DNA from: an uncultured virus (IMG/VR IMGVR_UViG_3300023371_000103)
Taxonomy: Duplodnaviria; Heunggongvirae; Uroviricota; Caudoviricetes
Strand: one strand, 5' to 3'
Virus record (IMG/VR): IMGVR_UViG_3300023371_000103
Length of the DNA stretch: 64,000 nt
Position numbers and translations under genes: made by a program. Of the stretch, positions 56,139 to 64,000 are shown one piece after another (the first letter of the stretch is position 1; every line of letters begins with the position of its first letter). Below the pieces are notes generated by a model that was given only the letters and a program-made list of their open reading frames with translations, did not search any database and was not told the DNA's origin.

Positions 56139-57048
56139 CGAGAAGATCTGTATCGACGGAGGAGGTTTTGTTCAGCTCCTTGACGTGATGGGGTCCGACC
56201 ATACGATTGCTTCGTCGGCGAGAGTATGCACCGGGAAAGATGAGGTGGATGACGTGCGGGATGAAAAGCTGATCCGCTATCTGTTTCGTCATCGGCACAC
56301 GTCGCCGTTTGAGATGGCGGAGATGAGGTTCCTCATTCGTTGCCCGATCTATGTCATGCGGCAGTGGGTACGGCATAGGACCGCTTCGATCAACGAGGTA
56401 TCCCTGCGGTACACGGAGTCGGACTGCGAGTTTGAGTCGATTGCGGAGGATCTGTGGTACCGGCAGTCCCTTGAGAATCGGCAGGGCGGAGGCGCTTTTT
56501 TCCCTGCGGAAGACGGGTGCCGTTTTCAGCAGATGGAAGCAGCTGCCTATGAAGAGTCTATACAGGCGTACCGTGCGCTGCTTGACGAGGGAGTGAGCCG
56601 CGAGCTGGCGCGCAGAGTATTGCCTGTATCGGTATTTACGACCTTCGTATGGAAGATCGACCTGCATAACCTGCTTCATTTCCTTGACTTGCGTTTGGAT
56701 CCCTCGGCGCAGCTCGCGATCCGGGAGTACGCGAAGGCAATAAAGGCGCACGTCATGTATTATTTTCCGCAAACCTATTGTGCTTTTGAGGATTACCAGC
56801 TGGAGGCGGTTACGCTGAGCAGCCTGGAACAGCAGTGTCTGTTCGAGCTTCTTAAGTATCACGGCAGGATCGACATGGCAGGTGTCATGAAGTACTGGCG
56901 GAACGACGTTGGTATACTGGTTGGCGACGCACGCTGTCGGGAACGGGATGAGTTTGCGGCGAAACTTAGAAAAATGAAGTTGTTGGAGGAGCCGGATGGC
57001 GGAGAAGGATCCCAGGAAGGTGAAGATCGGACGAAAGTCGAGGAATAA
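56128..57048 (+). CDS. thyX: Flavin-dependent thymidylate synthase
   Basis: RHRHTSPFE; RQWVRHRTASINEVSLRY; ELARRVLP; NLLHFLDLR; AQLAIR. Confidence 0.93.
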   Translation: MMSDEKICIDGGGFVQLLDVMGSDHTIASSARVCTGKDEVDDVRDEKLIRYLFRHRHTSPFEMAEMRFLIRCPIYVMRQWVRHRTASINEVSLRYTESDCEFESIAEDLWYRQSLENRQGGGAFFPAEDGCRFQQMEAAAYEESIQAYRALLDEGVSRELARRVLPVSVFTTFVWKIDLHNLLHFLDLRLDPSAQLAIREYAKAIKAHVMYYFPQTYCAFEDYQLEAVTLSSLEQQCLFELLKYHGRIDMAGVMKYWRNDVGILVGDARCRERDEFAAKLRKMKLLEEPDGGEGSQEGEDRTKVEE

Positions 57049-57373
57049 AGGAGCGCGGGGTGAACGCGAAGCGGCAGCGGAGCTGGAAAAGCTCTTTGAA
57101 GGCGAAGGGTTCCATCGCGGAAGACAATACCACGGCGGACCCGGTACGCCAGACATATGCACTCCTCTTGAGGGGGTTCATTTTGAAATAAAACGGACGG
57201 AATCCCTGAGCCTGTATCCGGCAATGGATCAGGCGAGATCGGATTCCAAGGACACAGAGGTCCCGGTTGTCATGCACCGGCGCAGTCATAAACCGTGGCT
57301 CGTTGTTGTGGAGCTGGACCGGCTTCCGGAACTGATCCGGAATCTGTATCCGAAGCTGAAGAATGAGACGTAA
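56996..57373 (+). CDS. Holliday junction resolvase-like PD-(D/E)xK nuclease
   Basis: SRNKGARGERE...TPDI...FEIKR...VVMHRR. Confidence 0.8.
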   Translation: MAEKDPRKVKIGRKSRNKGARGEREAAAELEKLFEGEGFHRGRQYHGGPGTPDICTPLEGVHFEIKRTESLSLYPAMDQARSDSKDTEVPVVMHRRSHKPWLVVVELDRLPELIRNLYPKLKNET

Positions 57374-57425
57374 TGAACAGTTGCCGCCTGGAGTACTTCC
57401 GGCGGCTCTTTTTATGGAGGACAAT

Positions 57426-57902
57426 ATGAAAATCAATGGTTTTCTGTCGGAATTGGAGAAGACGGTGCTGCGTCACATGATGCGGTACGAGGGCATTCCG
57501 GAAGACAGCGTGTGCCTGGACGGGGTGCAGACGGAAATTCCGGAGGATCTGGTGTATGATCTTGAGTGCGCTAAATGGCGTCCTGTACAGGATGGTTCTG
57601 TTCGTGCTTTTATGTACTACAAGGATACGCTGAGATTCTTTCAGGAGAATGAGCTGGTGCTGCTGCGCTGGCTCACACGAGAATGCAGGTATGACTCCTG
57701 GTATGACCGGCTGCGGTCGTTAGCTCCATGCCTGCATGGTCTCAGCGACGACGAACTGGATCTTGGCTGGGATGGAGAGGATCCTGAGCTGGAGATCGTG
57801 GTCCAGAATGCGATCGCGATGGCTGCCGCGCAGGACGCGGTAAATACCTTGCAGGCTAAGTGTTTGGAAAACGATAACGAGGAGGAAAAAGACAATGACT
57901 AA
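57426..57902 (+). CDS. Hypothetical acidic protein
   Basis: GGAGG RBS. Confidence 0.7.
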   Translation: MKINGFLSELEKTVLRHMMRYEGIPEDSVCLDGVQTEIPEDLVYDLECAKWRPVQDGSVRAFMYYKDTLRFFQENELVLLRWLTRECRYDSWYDRLRSLAPCLHGLSDDELDLGWDGEDPELEIVVQNAIAMAAAQDAVNTLQAKCLENDNEEEKDND

Positions 57903-58548
57903 GACTCACGCTCACGCATTGATGAATCATATTCTGACCACGCAGACAGGATTTTACCCGGTCATTCTGACCGGTGTGTGGTCTCTGGTTCAGGGCTGGG
58001 AGCAGCGGGTGAAAGCACCGGAGGCTCCGGCTAACTATAAAGATCCGGCAAAGATCGAGGAGTACTGCGCGAAAAAGCGCAAAACGCTTTATCAGGATGT
58101 TCTGGCGAACTGTCCCAGCCTGTGGCATATTCACGCGCTGCATTTGCACGTTCCGTTTGAGCTTTCTGTAGAGTTGCCTGAAGGACTGGATCTGACAGGC
58201 GTGCTGGATTGCCTCTTCGGTCCGGAAGCGCTCTTTGGATTTGACAGGATCGTCGTTTTGGGCGACAATGCAGATAAGCTGCTTCGGGCGGCTTATCTTC
58301 GGGAGTCCGAGGACTACGATCATCAGCGTGTCGCAACGCTGGTAGCTGCCAGGAAGATCCCTACGATGACGCCGGAGTCGCTGCTGTTTACGGCAGACGA
58401 ACGAAAAATGCTGTTGGATACGACACCCGTTCATACTTCGGAGGAAGCGGAATTCCAATACATTCACTCCCTTCTCTGCCGTTATTTTGGAAAACGGTTT
58501 GAGACTATGGAGTGTTACGAAAATGCGGGAAGAGAAAACATTTGCTGA
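57895..58548 (+). CDS. Hypothetical protein
   Basis: 217-aa ORF; APANYKDPAKIEEY segment. Confidence 0.7.
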   Translation: MTKTHAHALMNHILTTQTGFYPVILTGVWSLVQGWEQRVKAPEAPANYKDPAKIEEYCAKKRKTLYQDVLANCPSLWHIHALHLHVPFELSVELPEGLDLTGVLDCLFGPEALFGFDRIVVLGDNADKLLRAAYLRESEDYDHQRVATLVAARKIPTMTPESLLFTADERKMLLDTTPVHTSEEAEFQYIHSLLCRYFGKRFETMECYENAGRENIC

Positions 58549-59131
58549 TCTTGGGAATACGAAATATACCTGGACAGGTCTGACGGCGAAGGAGTATCAG
58601 GCGTTTACACCGGCGCTTCTTTACTGGAACACGACGCATGACCGGGACATGGTTCGGGATTTCGCGGCTCGATTGGATAAATCGACCCGCATTAAGGTCA
58701 GTATCTCGCCTTTTCCTATTTTTGACATTACGCCTCCGCTTCGGGAATTGACAGTTTCCTGCGGAGGCGCGGCAGGAGACAAGAAGGAGATACTGGACTT
58801 GTCTCGAACACTTTACTTCTGTCCAAAGTCAGTATGGCCGGAGCTTCGGAACTATCTGATCAGTTACGGGTCCGTAGATGTGAAGAAACAGCGGGTAATG
58901 TTCGCGGCGGAATGTCCTGTTATGCAGATCCCGGATTATGTTCGGATGGCGCAGGGACACATGCCTCCGGGTGTTATTAATATCGCGTCGATCGGGATCT
59001 ACGCTTCGGACTTTTGCAGTCTGTGGCGCAATGACCCGTCCAATCCGTTCGTCAGACCGAAGGCGATGCAGAAGGATCGCTGCGAAACGGCGTACTACGA
59101 TGGAATGATGTTTCTGAAAGGGAGAGTATGA
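58523..59131 (+). CDS. Hypothetical protein
   Basis: Overlapping ORF in operon. Confidence 0.7.
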   Translation: MREEKTFADLGNTKYTWTGLTAKEYQAFTPALLYWNTTHDRDMVRDFAARLDKSTRIKVSISPFPIFDITPPLRELTVSCGGAAGDKKEILDLSRTLYFCPKSVWPELRNYLISYGSVDVKKQRVMFAAECPVMQIPDYVRMAQGHMPPGVINIASIGIYASDFCSLWRNDPSNPFVRPKAMQKDRCETAYYDGMMFLKGRV

Positions 59132-59451
59132 AACACTACATCATCCACTATAGATCATCACTGGATGATCCAGAGATCAAGGTCTGCGAATCGCTCGAGG
59201 AATTAACGGGATCCGTAACGGCGTTTCTCGCGGAGAAGCGAACTATTGCCGTGATCTCTGGAGAGATGTGGCAGTTCACGACCAACGGGCAGAGAATGAC
59301 TTGCTCTGGGCAGGACATTTGGCTTTTTGATCGGGATCTGTATACCACAGGTTTTATTAAAGGAAATGAGGAACATGCAAAACTTAAACAGCTACAGGAG
59401 ACTGATCCTCAAGGAGGACGCTCCGGCGATGGCGGGTCATCTGGCGAATGA
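59128..59451 (+). CDS. Hypothetical protein
   Basis: ATGA coupling. Confidence 0.65.
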   Translation: MKHYIIHYRSSLDDPEIKVCESLEELTGSVTAFLAEKRTIAVISGEMWQFTTNGQRMTCSGQDIWLFDRDLYTTGFIKGNEEHAKLKQLQETDPQGGRSGDGGSSGE

Positions 59452-59803
59452 CGAGACGATCTGGGAAGATCCTCCGGCATCCATGATCCAGTTTATGGAC
59501 TCCAAAAACCGGGAGCGGGCAGTGTCGGCAGACTGGTTTTCCGGAGAAAAGCTGGAGCGTTTGAAGAAGGAAGCCGTGGTACGGCATGGACGGGAGCTTT
59601 CATGGGTAGGCATGGCGGAACTGGCATTGCGGCTGGAGTATGAAGATCAGCAAAAGGAACTGATGTCAGAGGAACCTGCTGCTGAGCCGGAGCCGATCCT
59701 GGAGGTTCAGGAAGAGGACTATCAGTCGCTTCTGTCTATTCTTACCCGGCAGGCGGTAAAAGAACAGAAGAAAGCAGAGGAGAGTATTCAGGACTGGTTC
59801 TGA
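59375..59803 (+). CDS. Hypothetical protein
   Basis: GAGGA RBS. Confidence 0.65.
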   Translation: MQNLNSYRRLILKEDAPAMAGHLANDETIWEDPPASMIQFMDSKNRERAVSADWFSGEKLERLKKEAVVRHGRELSWVGMAELALRLEYEDQQKELMSEEPAAEPEPILEVQEEDYQSLLSILTRQAVKEQKKAEESIQDWF

Positions 59804-60291
59804 TGAGACTCTCGGAAGCGATACGGTTTCTATTCCAGCGGAAGGAGTCTGTCCGCAGGCGTTCCTGGGATGCGAGCCGCCGGTTGGAATCGGAACCCAT
59901 ACAGGGTCTGATGTATGATCAGACAGGGAATACACGAAAGATCTTCATTCCCGAACTGGATGACTATCTGGCGCAGGACTGGGTGTCCTGTTCCGGCGAA
60001 GAACTTGCGGAAAGCGAGGAAAAAGATACTATAGAGAAGAGTATCTGCTGGATGCTTCTGACGCATGGTTTCGTGCGGAGAAGAGCATGGCACCCGCAGG
60101 CGTATGTGCATCTGCCGGAAGGCGGGCGGCTGCCGATGCTCCATAGTCTGACAGCGGGAATGGAAATGGATACGCTCCTGATACCTTCCAGGGAAGATTG
60201 CCTTGCGGAGGACTGGGGTTATTGTGACTTTAAGATAAGGAGAAAACATGGAAAAGACGACATTGATTTGCATTGCGGACGTTCTGCGTGA
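59803..60291 (+). CDS. Tandem DUF2829-like (Tad2-like) protein
   Basis: Two repeats: VRRRSW...FIPELDDYLAQDW and VRRRAW...LIPSREDCLAEDW. Confidence 0.65.
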   Translation: MRLSEAIRFLFQRKESVRRRSWDASRRLESEPIQGLMYDQTGNTRKIFIPELDDYLAQDWVSCSGEELAESEEKDTIEKSICWMLLTHGFVRRRAWHPQAYVHLPEGGRLPMLHSLTAGMEMDTLLIPSREDCLAEDWGYCDFKIRRKHGKDDIDLHCGRSA

Positions 60292-60667
60292 GCAGGTGAA
60301 GGCAACGCAGGCAGTTCTGAAGGATAAATCTGCAGACGCCCGGGTATTGCTTTGTCAGATAATGCAGTTCAACTCGGGAATGCTTGCAGCCCTTCAGGCA
60401 ACCGGACTTCTGGATGAGGATGAGATCATTGAGATGACGGACGAGGAGCTGAAAGCATTTATCGAATCCTGCGGCGAGGAATCTGTGGAGGATCTTGGTG
60501 ATCCGGCAGAGGAACGGGAGGAAGCCGGTTCGGAAAAGACGGAGCCGGAAGCGGACGCGAAACAGGAAGACATGGAAAGATGTGCCATCGTATTCGAGTT
60601 TTCTCCTGATGTTACTGTCGTCATGACGGATGAGCCGCACAAGTCCTGCGGCAAGTGTTGCAAATAA
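60248..60667 (+). CDS. Hypothetical acidic protein
   Basis: AAGGAG RBS; followed by terminator at about 60684-60714. Confidence 0.7.
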   Translation: MEKTTLICIADVLREQVKATQAVLKDKSADARVLLCQIMQFNSGMLAALQATGLLDEDEIIEMTDEELKAFIESCGEESVEDLGDPAEEREEAGSEKTEPEADAKQEDMERCAIVFEFSPDVTVVMTDEPHKSCGKCCK

Positions 60668-60725
60668 TCAAACTTAAGTTTCAGCCCGGTGAGCGATCAT
60701 CGGGCTTTTTTTTATGGAGGTTTTT

Positions 60726-61043
60726 ATGTTTGTTCAAACATTTACGCTGACGCCTGGGAATACGCGGGTCAGAGGTGTTGCGGCGGTTCCGATGGCAGGC
60801 GGGTATGAGGCTTCGGATGGAAACTACGTGCTTATTCTGGATGAGGAGCTGGACTGCACCGGGACCATTCGCGTCATTGGCGAAGATGGTACCGTGTATG
60901 AATGCGTGGACTCGTTCTTCGTCGGAAATGGAAGAACGGTCCTGCTCGGAGATCATTGGCGTCTGTTCGAGGCGGACGAGCTGGCGAAAGTCTCTGATAA
61001 ATTGGAAGATGCGACTCGTATCGTAAATGAAGTGCTTTGGTAA
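60726..61043 (+). CDS. Hypothetical protein
   Basis: GGAGG RBS. Confidence 0.7.
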   Translation: MFVQTFTLTPGNTRVRGVAAVPMAGGYEASDGNYVLILDEELDCTGTIRVIGEDGTVYECVDSFFVGNGRTVLLGDHWRLFEADELAKVSDKLEDATRIVNEVLW

Positions 61044-61055
61044 AAGGAGCTCAGG

Positions 61056-61775
61056 ATGAAAACGTTCAAATATAGACATTGGGGCACGCTGGAATCAGTG
61101 CTCATGGAGCTGATGGGACTGGAGTTTATAGAAGAGATGTCCGAGGGTCCTGTGTGTCATATCGCTATCCAAGACGAAGCCGCGGGCAAGATCGAGGAGC
61201 TGGCGAAGGAGTATGCGGTTCTGTGTTTCTGTAAAGCGGAGACCGCAAAGGTCCGTGAGTTTTTCGAGGAACATCGTCAGCTTCTTCTCGAGTTCATCGA
61301 CCAGCAGATCGAAGAGGATTACTCTATGACACGGTGGTCCTATATCGGAAGTTTAAGCGAGATAGACCGCTGTCGTATGGACGCGGTATTTTCTATTTTT
61401 ACAGACGGTCCGGATCATACCCTCGAAGACGTAGAAGCTGTAGCGGTCGCGATCGTAAGGGACGCGGCCGAGAAGTTCTTTAAGGAAGCCGTTGTTTGTT
61501 TGGAGCAGGCGTTTGAAAGCTCTTCTGCCTGCGCGGTTATTGAGGAAGCGGTGAAGAGGTTCTGCGGGGAGATCAATGATAAGTCGACGGACATACGGCT
61601 GATCGAAGACGTATTGCACTCGGTCCTGTATCCGCTGCTCGGAGAAACATCACGCCGTTATTTTCAGGAACACCGCGATAAGTATTCCGCCGGGTACGCG
61701 GATGCAGATGACATGAGCTTCGCGATCGAGGAGCTGAAAACAAAACTCTGGGAACAGTATCAAAAGTTCGTTTGA
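61056..61775 (+). CDS. Acidic hypothetical protein, paralog A1
   Basis: Aligns with 62487-63194 (YRHWGTLE/YQRWGALE; YSAGYAD/YSKGYAD). Confidence 0.8.
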   Translation: MKTFKYRHWGTLESVLMELMGLEFIEEMSEGPVCHIAIQDEAAGKIEELAKEYAVLCFCKAETAKVREFFEEHRQLLLEFIDQQIEEDYSMTRWSYIGSLSEIDRCRMDAVFSIFTDGPDHTLEDVEAVAVAIVRDAAEKFFKEAVVCLEQAFESSSACAVIEEAVKRFCGEINDKSTDIRLIEDVLHSVLYPLLGETSRRYFQEHRDKYSAGYADADDMSFAIEELKTKLWEQYQKFV

Positions 61776-61789
61776 CAGGAGCAGGAGCG

Positions 61790-61954
61790 ATGATCGTTCA
61801 TGAATTTGATTGGAACGGGTGGCACGTTGAAGTGCATTATGATGATCTGGCAGAGAATCCGCGGAAGTGGGATGGGAACCTTGGTTACATGCGGACGCGG
61901 GATCGGCGTGATGCCGGACAGGTCTGGGAGGATATTCCGGAAAAGGAGGCATGA
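61790..61954 (+). pseudogene. Truncated paralog of 63202-63771
   Basis: WHVEVHYDDLAENPRKWDGNLGYM vs WRFEVDYDQWSESPRSWDNIGYL; only 54 aa. Confidence 0.55.
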
Positions 61955-61955
61955 T

Positions 61956-62387
61956 ATGAAAAAGGACACCTACCTCGTGGCCAGCTTTGACAGTGCTGAA
62001 GGACTTCACCTCTATATCGCGACACCCGAAGACTTCCGTGCAAGCGGTCTGGCGCACCTCGCCGAACTCATCGGCGGCAGGCAGCATCTTGTGAGGCGGC
62101 GCGGGCACTATTACGACGCTGTTGCGTGGTCAGACTCGGAAGATCGCGATGAGCTTGGCTACTACACGACGACCCGCCACACCTGGCGCTATGTGGCGGA
62201 CCACGCCAGAGATTGTGCGTTCGGTGGTTGCATGACGGCCAGCGATGTCCTCTGGGAGATGTCGCGCCATGACGTAACAGACCTGCGCATGTACGCAGAT
62301 GGTGAGTATGGCGTCTACGGCGACGATGACGCAATCGAGATCCTGCGAGCAGCCGCAGCCGAGTTGCTGCATACCCGGGACGCATGA
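61956..62387 (+). CDS. Hypothetical protein
   Basis: AAGGAGG RBS. Confidence 0.7.
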   Translation: MKKDTYLVASFDSAEGLHLYIATPEDFRASGLAHLAELIGGRQHLVRRRGHYYDAVAWSDSEDRDELGYYTTTRHTWRYVADHARDCAFGGCMTASDVLWEMSRHDVTDLRMYADGEYGVYGDDDAIEILRAAAAELLHTRDA

Positions 62388-62486
62388 TGCGGAAGTGAAC
62401 CGCGGTCGGAACCGCGGCCGCTTCAGCCGGATCCCCGGTTCCGCTTAAAAAGACTTTACAAAAAAGACAAAGAAAAGGAATAAGTT

Positions 62487-63194
62487 ATGAGATCATTTTT
62501 GTATCAGCGCTGGGGCGCTCTGGAAGACGCCTATATGCGGACATTCGGTATCAGCTTCCTGAACGAGGAAGTGGGTACCAGGGAGCCGATTACATTTTGT
62601 ATCACCTTCACGGACAAAGCCGTGGAGGAGCTCGAAGACATTGATGAACCGCTGCTCAAGCGATTGACGGACGAGCTGTGCGAGGAGTTCTTTGACAGGC
62701 ACCGCGAAGAGATCTTCGAGTACATCGACTGGACGAACGAGGATGATAAATACGCCACGCGGCTGTCGTATATCCTTAACCTGACGGACGCGGATAGTGA
62801 CACTGTGTTCGATTTTATTACGAACGGTCCTCATTGCTGCAGGGAGGAACGGCGGGAGATCGCGTCGGCCGTCGTTAAGCACAGCGCCGGAGAGATCCTT
62901 AGAGAGATCCGGGAATGCCTCGAACAATTCCGGACGGCATCTCTGGAATGCCAGGCGATGGACTATGCAGCAAGAAAGCTGTGTACCGCCGTCAAGGAGA
63001 AGTCCGACCGGATCGAAGAGCTGGTTGACACCCTGACGGCGGTTCTTTACCCCTGGCTCGGCATTACGCCTGAACGAATCTTCAAGGAACATCTGCAGAA
63101 GTACTCTAAGGGGTATGCGGATGACGGCGACGCGGAACTGGCGTGCCTGGAGTTGCAGGAAAAACTGCGTGATCAGTATAAGAAACTTTCGTAA
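62487..63194 (+). CDS. Acidic hypothetical protein, paralog A2
   Basis: Paralog of 61056-61775. Confidence 0.8.
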   Translation: MRSFLYQRWGALEDAYMRTFGISFLNEEVGTREPITFCITFTDKAVEELEDIDEPLLKRLTDELCEEFFDRHREEIFEYIDWTNEDDKYATRLSYILNLTDADSDTVFDFITNGPHCCREERREIASAVVKHSAGEILREIRECLEQFRTASLECQAMDYAARKLCTAVKEKSDRIEELVDTLTAVLYPWLGITPERIFKEHLQKYSKGYADDGDAELACLELQEKLRDQYKKLS

Positions 63195-63201
63195 GGAGAG
63201 A

Positions 63202-63771
63202 ATGATGAAACACGAACACGAACATGAAATCGAATTCCGAAACTGGCGGTTTGAAGTGGATTACGATCAGTGGTCTGAGAGCCCCCGAAGCTGGGATAAC
63301 ATCGGGTACCTGATCACCCACGAAAGCCGCTATGTCGGCGGATATAATGAACGGGTGCCGGAAGGCGAAAAGGTCGTCCTGACTCTGCCGGTCTATCTCT
63401 ACGTTCACAGCGGAGCGACGATCAGTACGGCTCCGTTTGGCTGCCCGTGGGACTCCGGGCAGTGGGGCGTCATCCGTGCGACGAAGGAGCGGTGCCGGGA
63501 AATCCTCGGCTGGGATGAGATCACGCCGGAACGTAAAGAGAAACTTAAGACGTATCTCGAAGGGGAGATCGACATCCTGGACACATACATACGCGGTGAG
63601 GTGTATCGTGTCATCGCCTATAAAGACGGCGACGTTTACGACTCCTGCTGTGGATTTCTGGGTGAAGAATGGAAGGACTACGTGCTGGACCTGTATCACG
63701 ACCCGCAGCTTACGTTTGACTGGTACGGGAACCCAAGAGAGCAGCTGAAAGAGCTGCTCGCTGCGTGTTAA
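63202..63771 (+). CDS. Hypothetical phage early protein
   Basis: LPVYLYVHSG...PWDSGQWG...YIRGEVY...DSCCGFLG. Confidence 0.75.
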   Translation: MMKHEHEHEIEFRNWRFEVDYDQWSESPRSWDNIGYLITHESRYVGGYNERVPEGEKVVLTLPVYLYVHSGATISTAPFGCPWDSGQWGVIRATKERCREILGWDEITPERKEKLKTYLEGEIDILDTYIRGEVYRVIAYKDGDVYDSCCGFLGEEWKDYVLDLYHDPQLTFDWYGNPREQLKELLAAC

Positions 63772-63824
63772 GAACTTGACGCGGCGTACAGACTGCATAG
63801 TATACTTTCATAGGAGGTATGCTT

Positions 63825-64000
63825 ATGCAGATCAAAATTCAGTTGATCGGGGACGGCAAGGTTCCCGAGAAAGCTCCAGGCGGAGCGTGGTACGATGTCA
63901 GTGCCGGTAAAGACATTGAGTATAAAGCGGGAGAACGGGTCATGATCCCGCTGGGGTTTGCGTGCAGGCTGCCGGATGGGTATGAAGCCTGTCTGGTAGC
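63825..64000 (+). CDS. dut: Trimeric dUTPase, 3'-truncated by window edge
   Basis: Reads MQIKIQLIGDGKVPEKAPGGAWYDVSAGKDIEYKAGERVMIPLGFACRLPDGYEACLV; GGAGG RBS; sigma70-like promoter at about 63776-63806. Confidence 0.75.
   Translation, partial: MQIKIQLIGDGKVPEKAPGGAWYDVSAGKDIEYKAGERVMIPLGFACRLPDGYEACLV

Noticed and set aside
1..64000. Bacterial chromosome or integrated prophage
   Set aside because: No housekeeping operons, integrase or att site; content (terminase, capsid, replisome, split RNAP) is entirely that of a large phage

Overview
This 64-kb window is a segment of a large tailed dsDNA (jumbo-type) bacteriophage genome using the standard bacterial code. The host is uncertain; there are weak hints of Planctomycetota. 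Left to right: (1) a Dam-family adenine methylase (5'-truncated) and a stand-alone C-terminal half of a multisubunit RNA polymerase beta' subunit. (2) A defence island with a Septu-like PtuA ATPase and PtuB HNH nuclease flanked by two Panacea/DUF4065 genes. (3) A virion block (baseplate-like, glycine-zipper proteins, acidic scaffold-like protein, putative decoration protein, major capsid, neck-like protein) whose products are rich in a K-x-A motif; three carry a permuted papain-like His...Asn-x-Cys/Asn-Cys domain. (4) A ~210-nt rod-shaped non-coding RNA with its own promoter and terminator. (5) An AAA ATPase-DUF1257-DUF2997 cluster, the terminase large subunit and a structured candidate replication origin. 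(6) A replication/recombination block (SbcD, SbcC, thioredoxin, SF2 helicase, DnaB-like helicase, primase, sigma factor, UDG-fused PolA, SSB-like, RecA-like). (7) Five tRNA/tRNA-like genes, ThyX, a resolvase, a tandem DUF2829 (Tad2-like) protein, duplicated acidic early genes and a truncated dUTPase. The most notable unexplained signals are the rod RNA, a TAAA-N15/16-GGCATATA promoter motif seen four times, and a 12-bp palindrome (consensus GTTATTAATAAC) dispersed every few kb, including inside genes. All family calls are from motif recognition by eye, not database searches.
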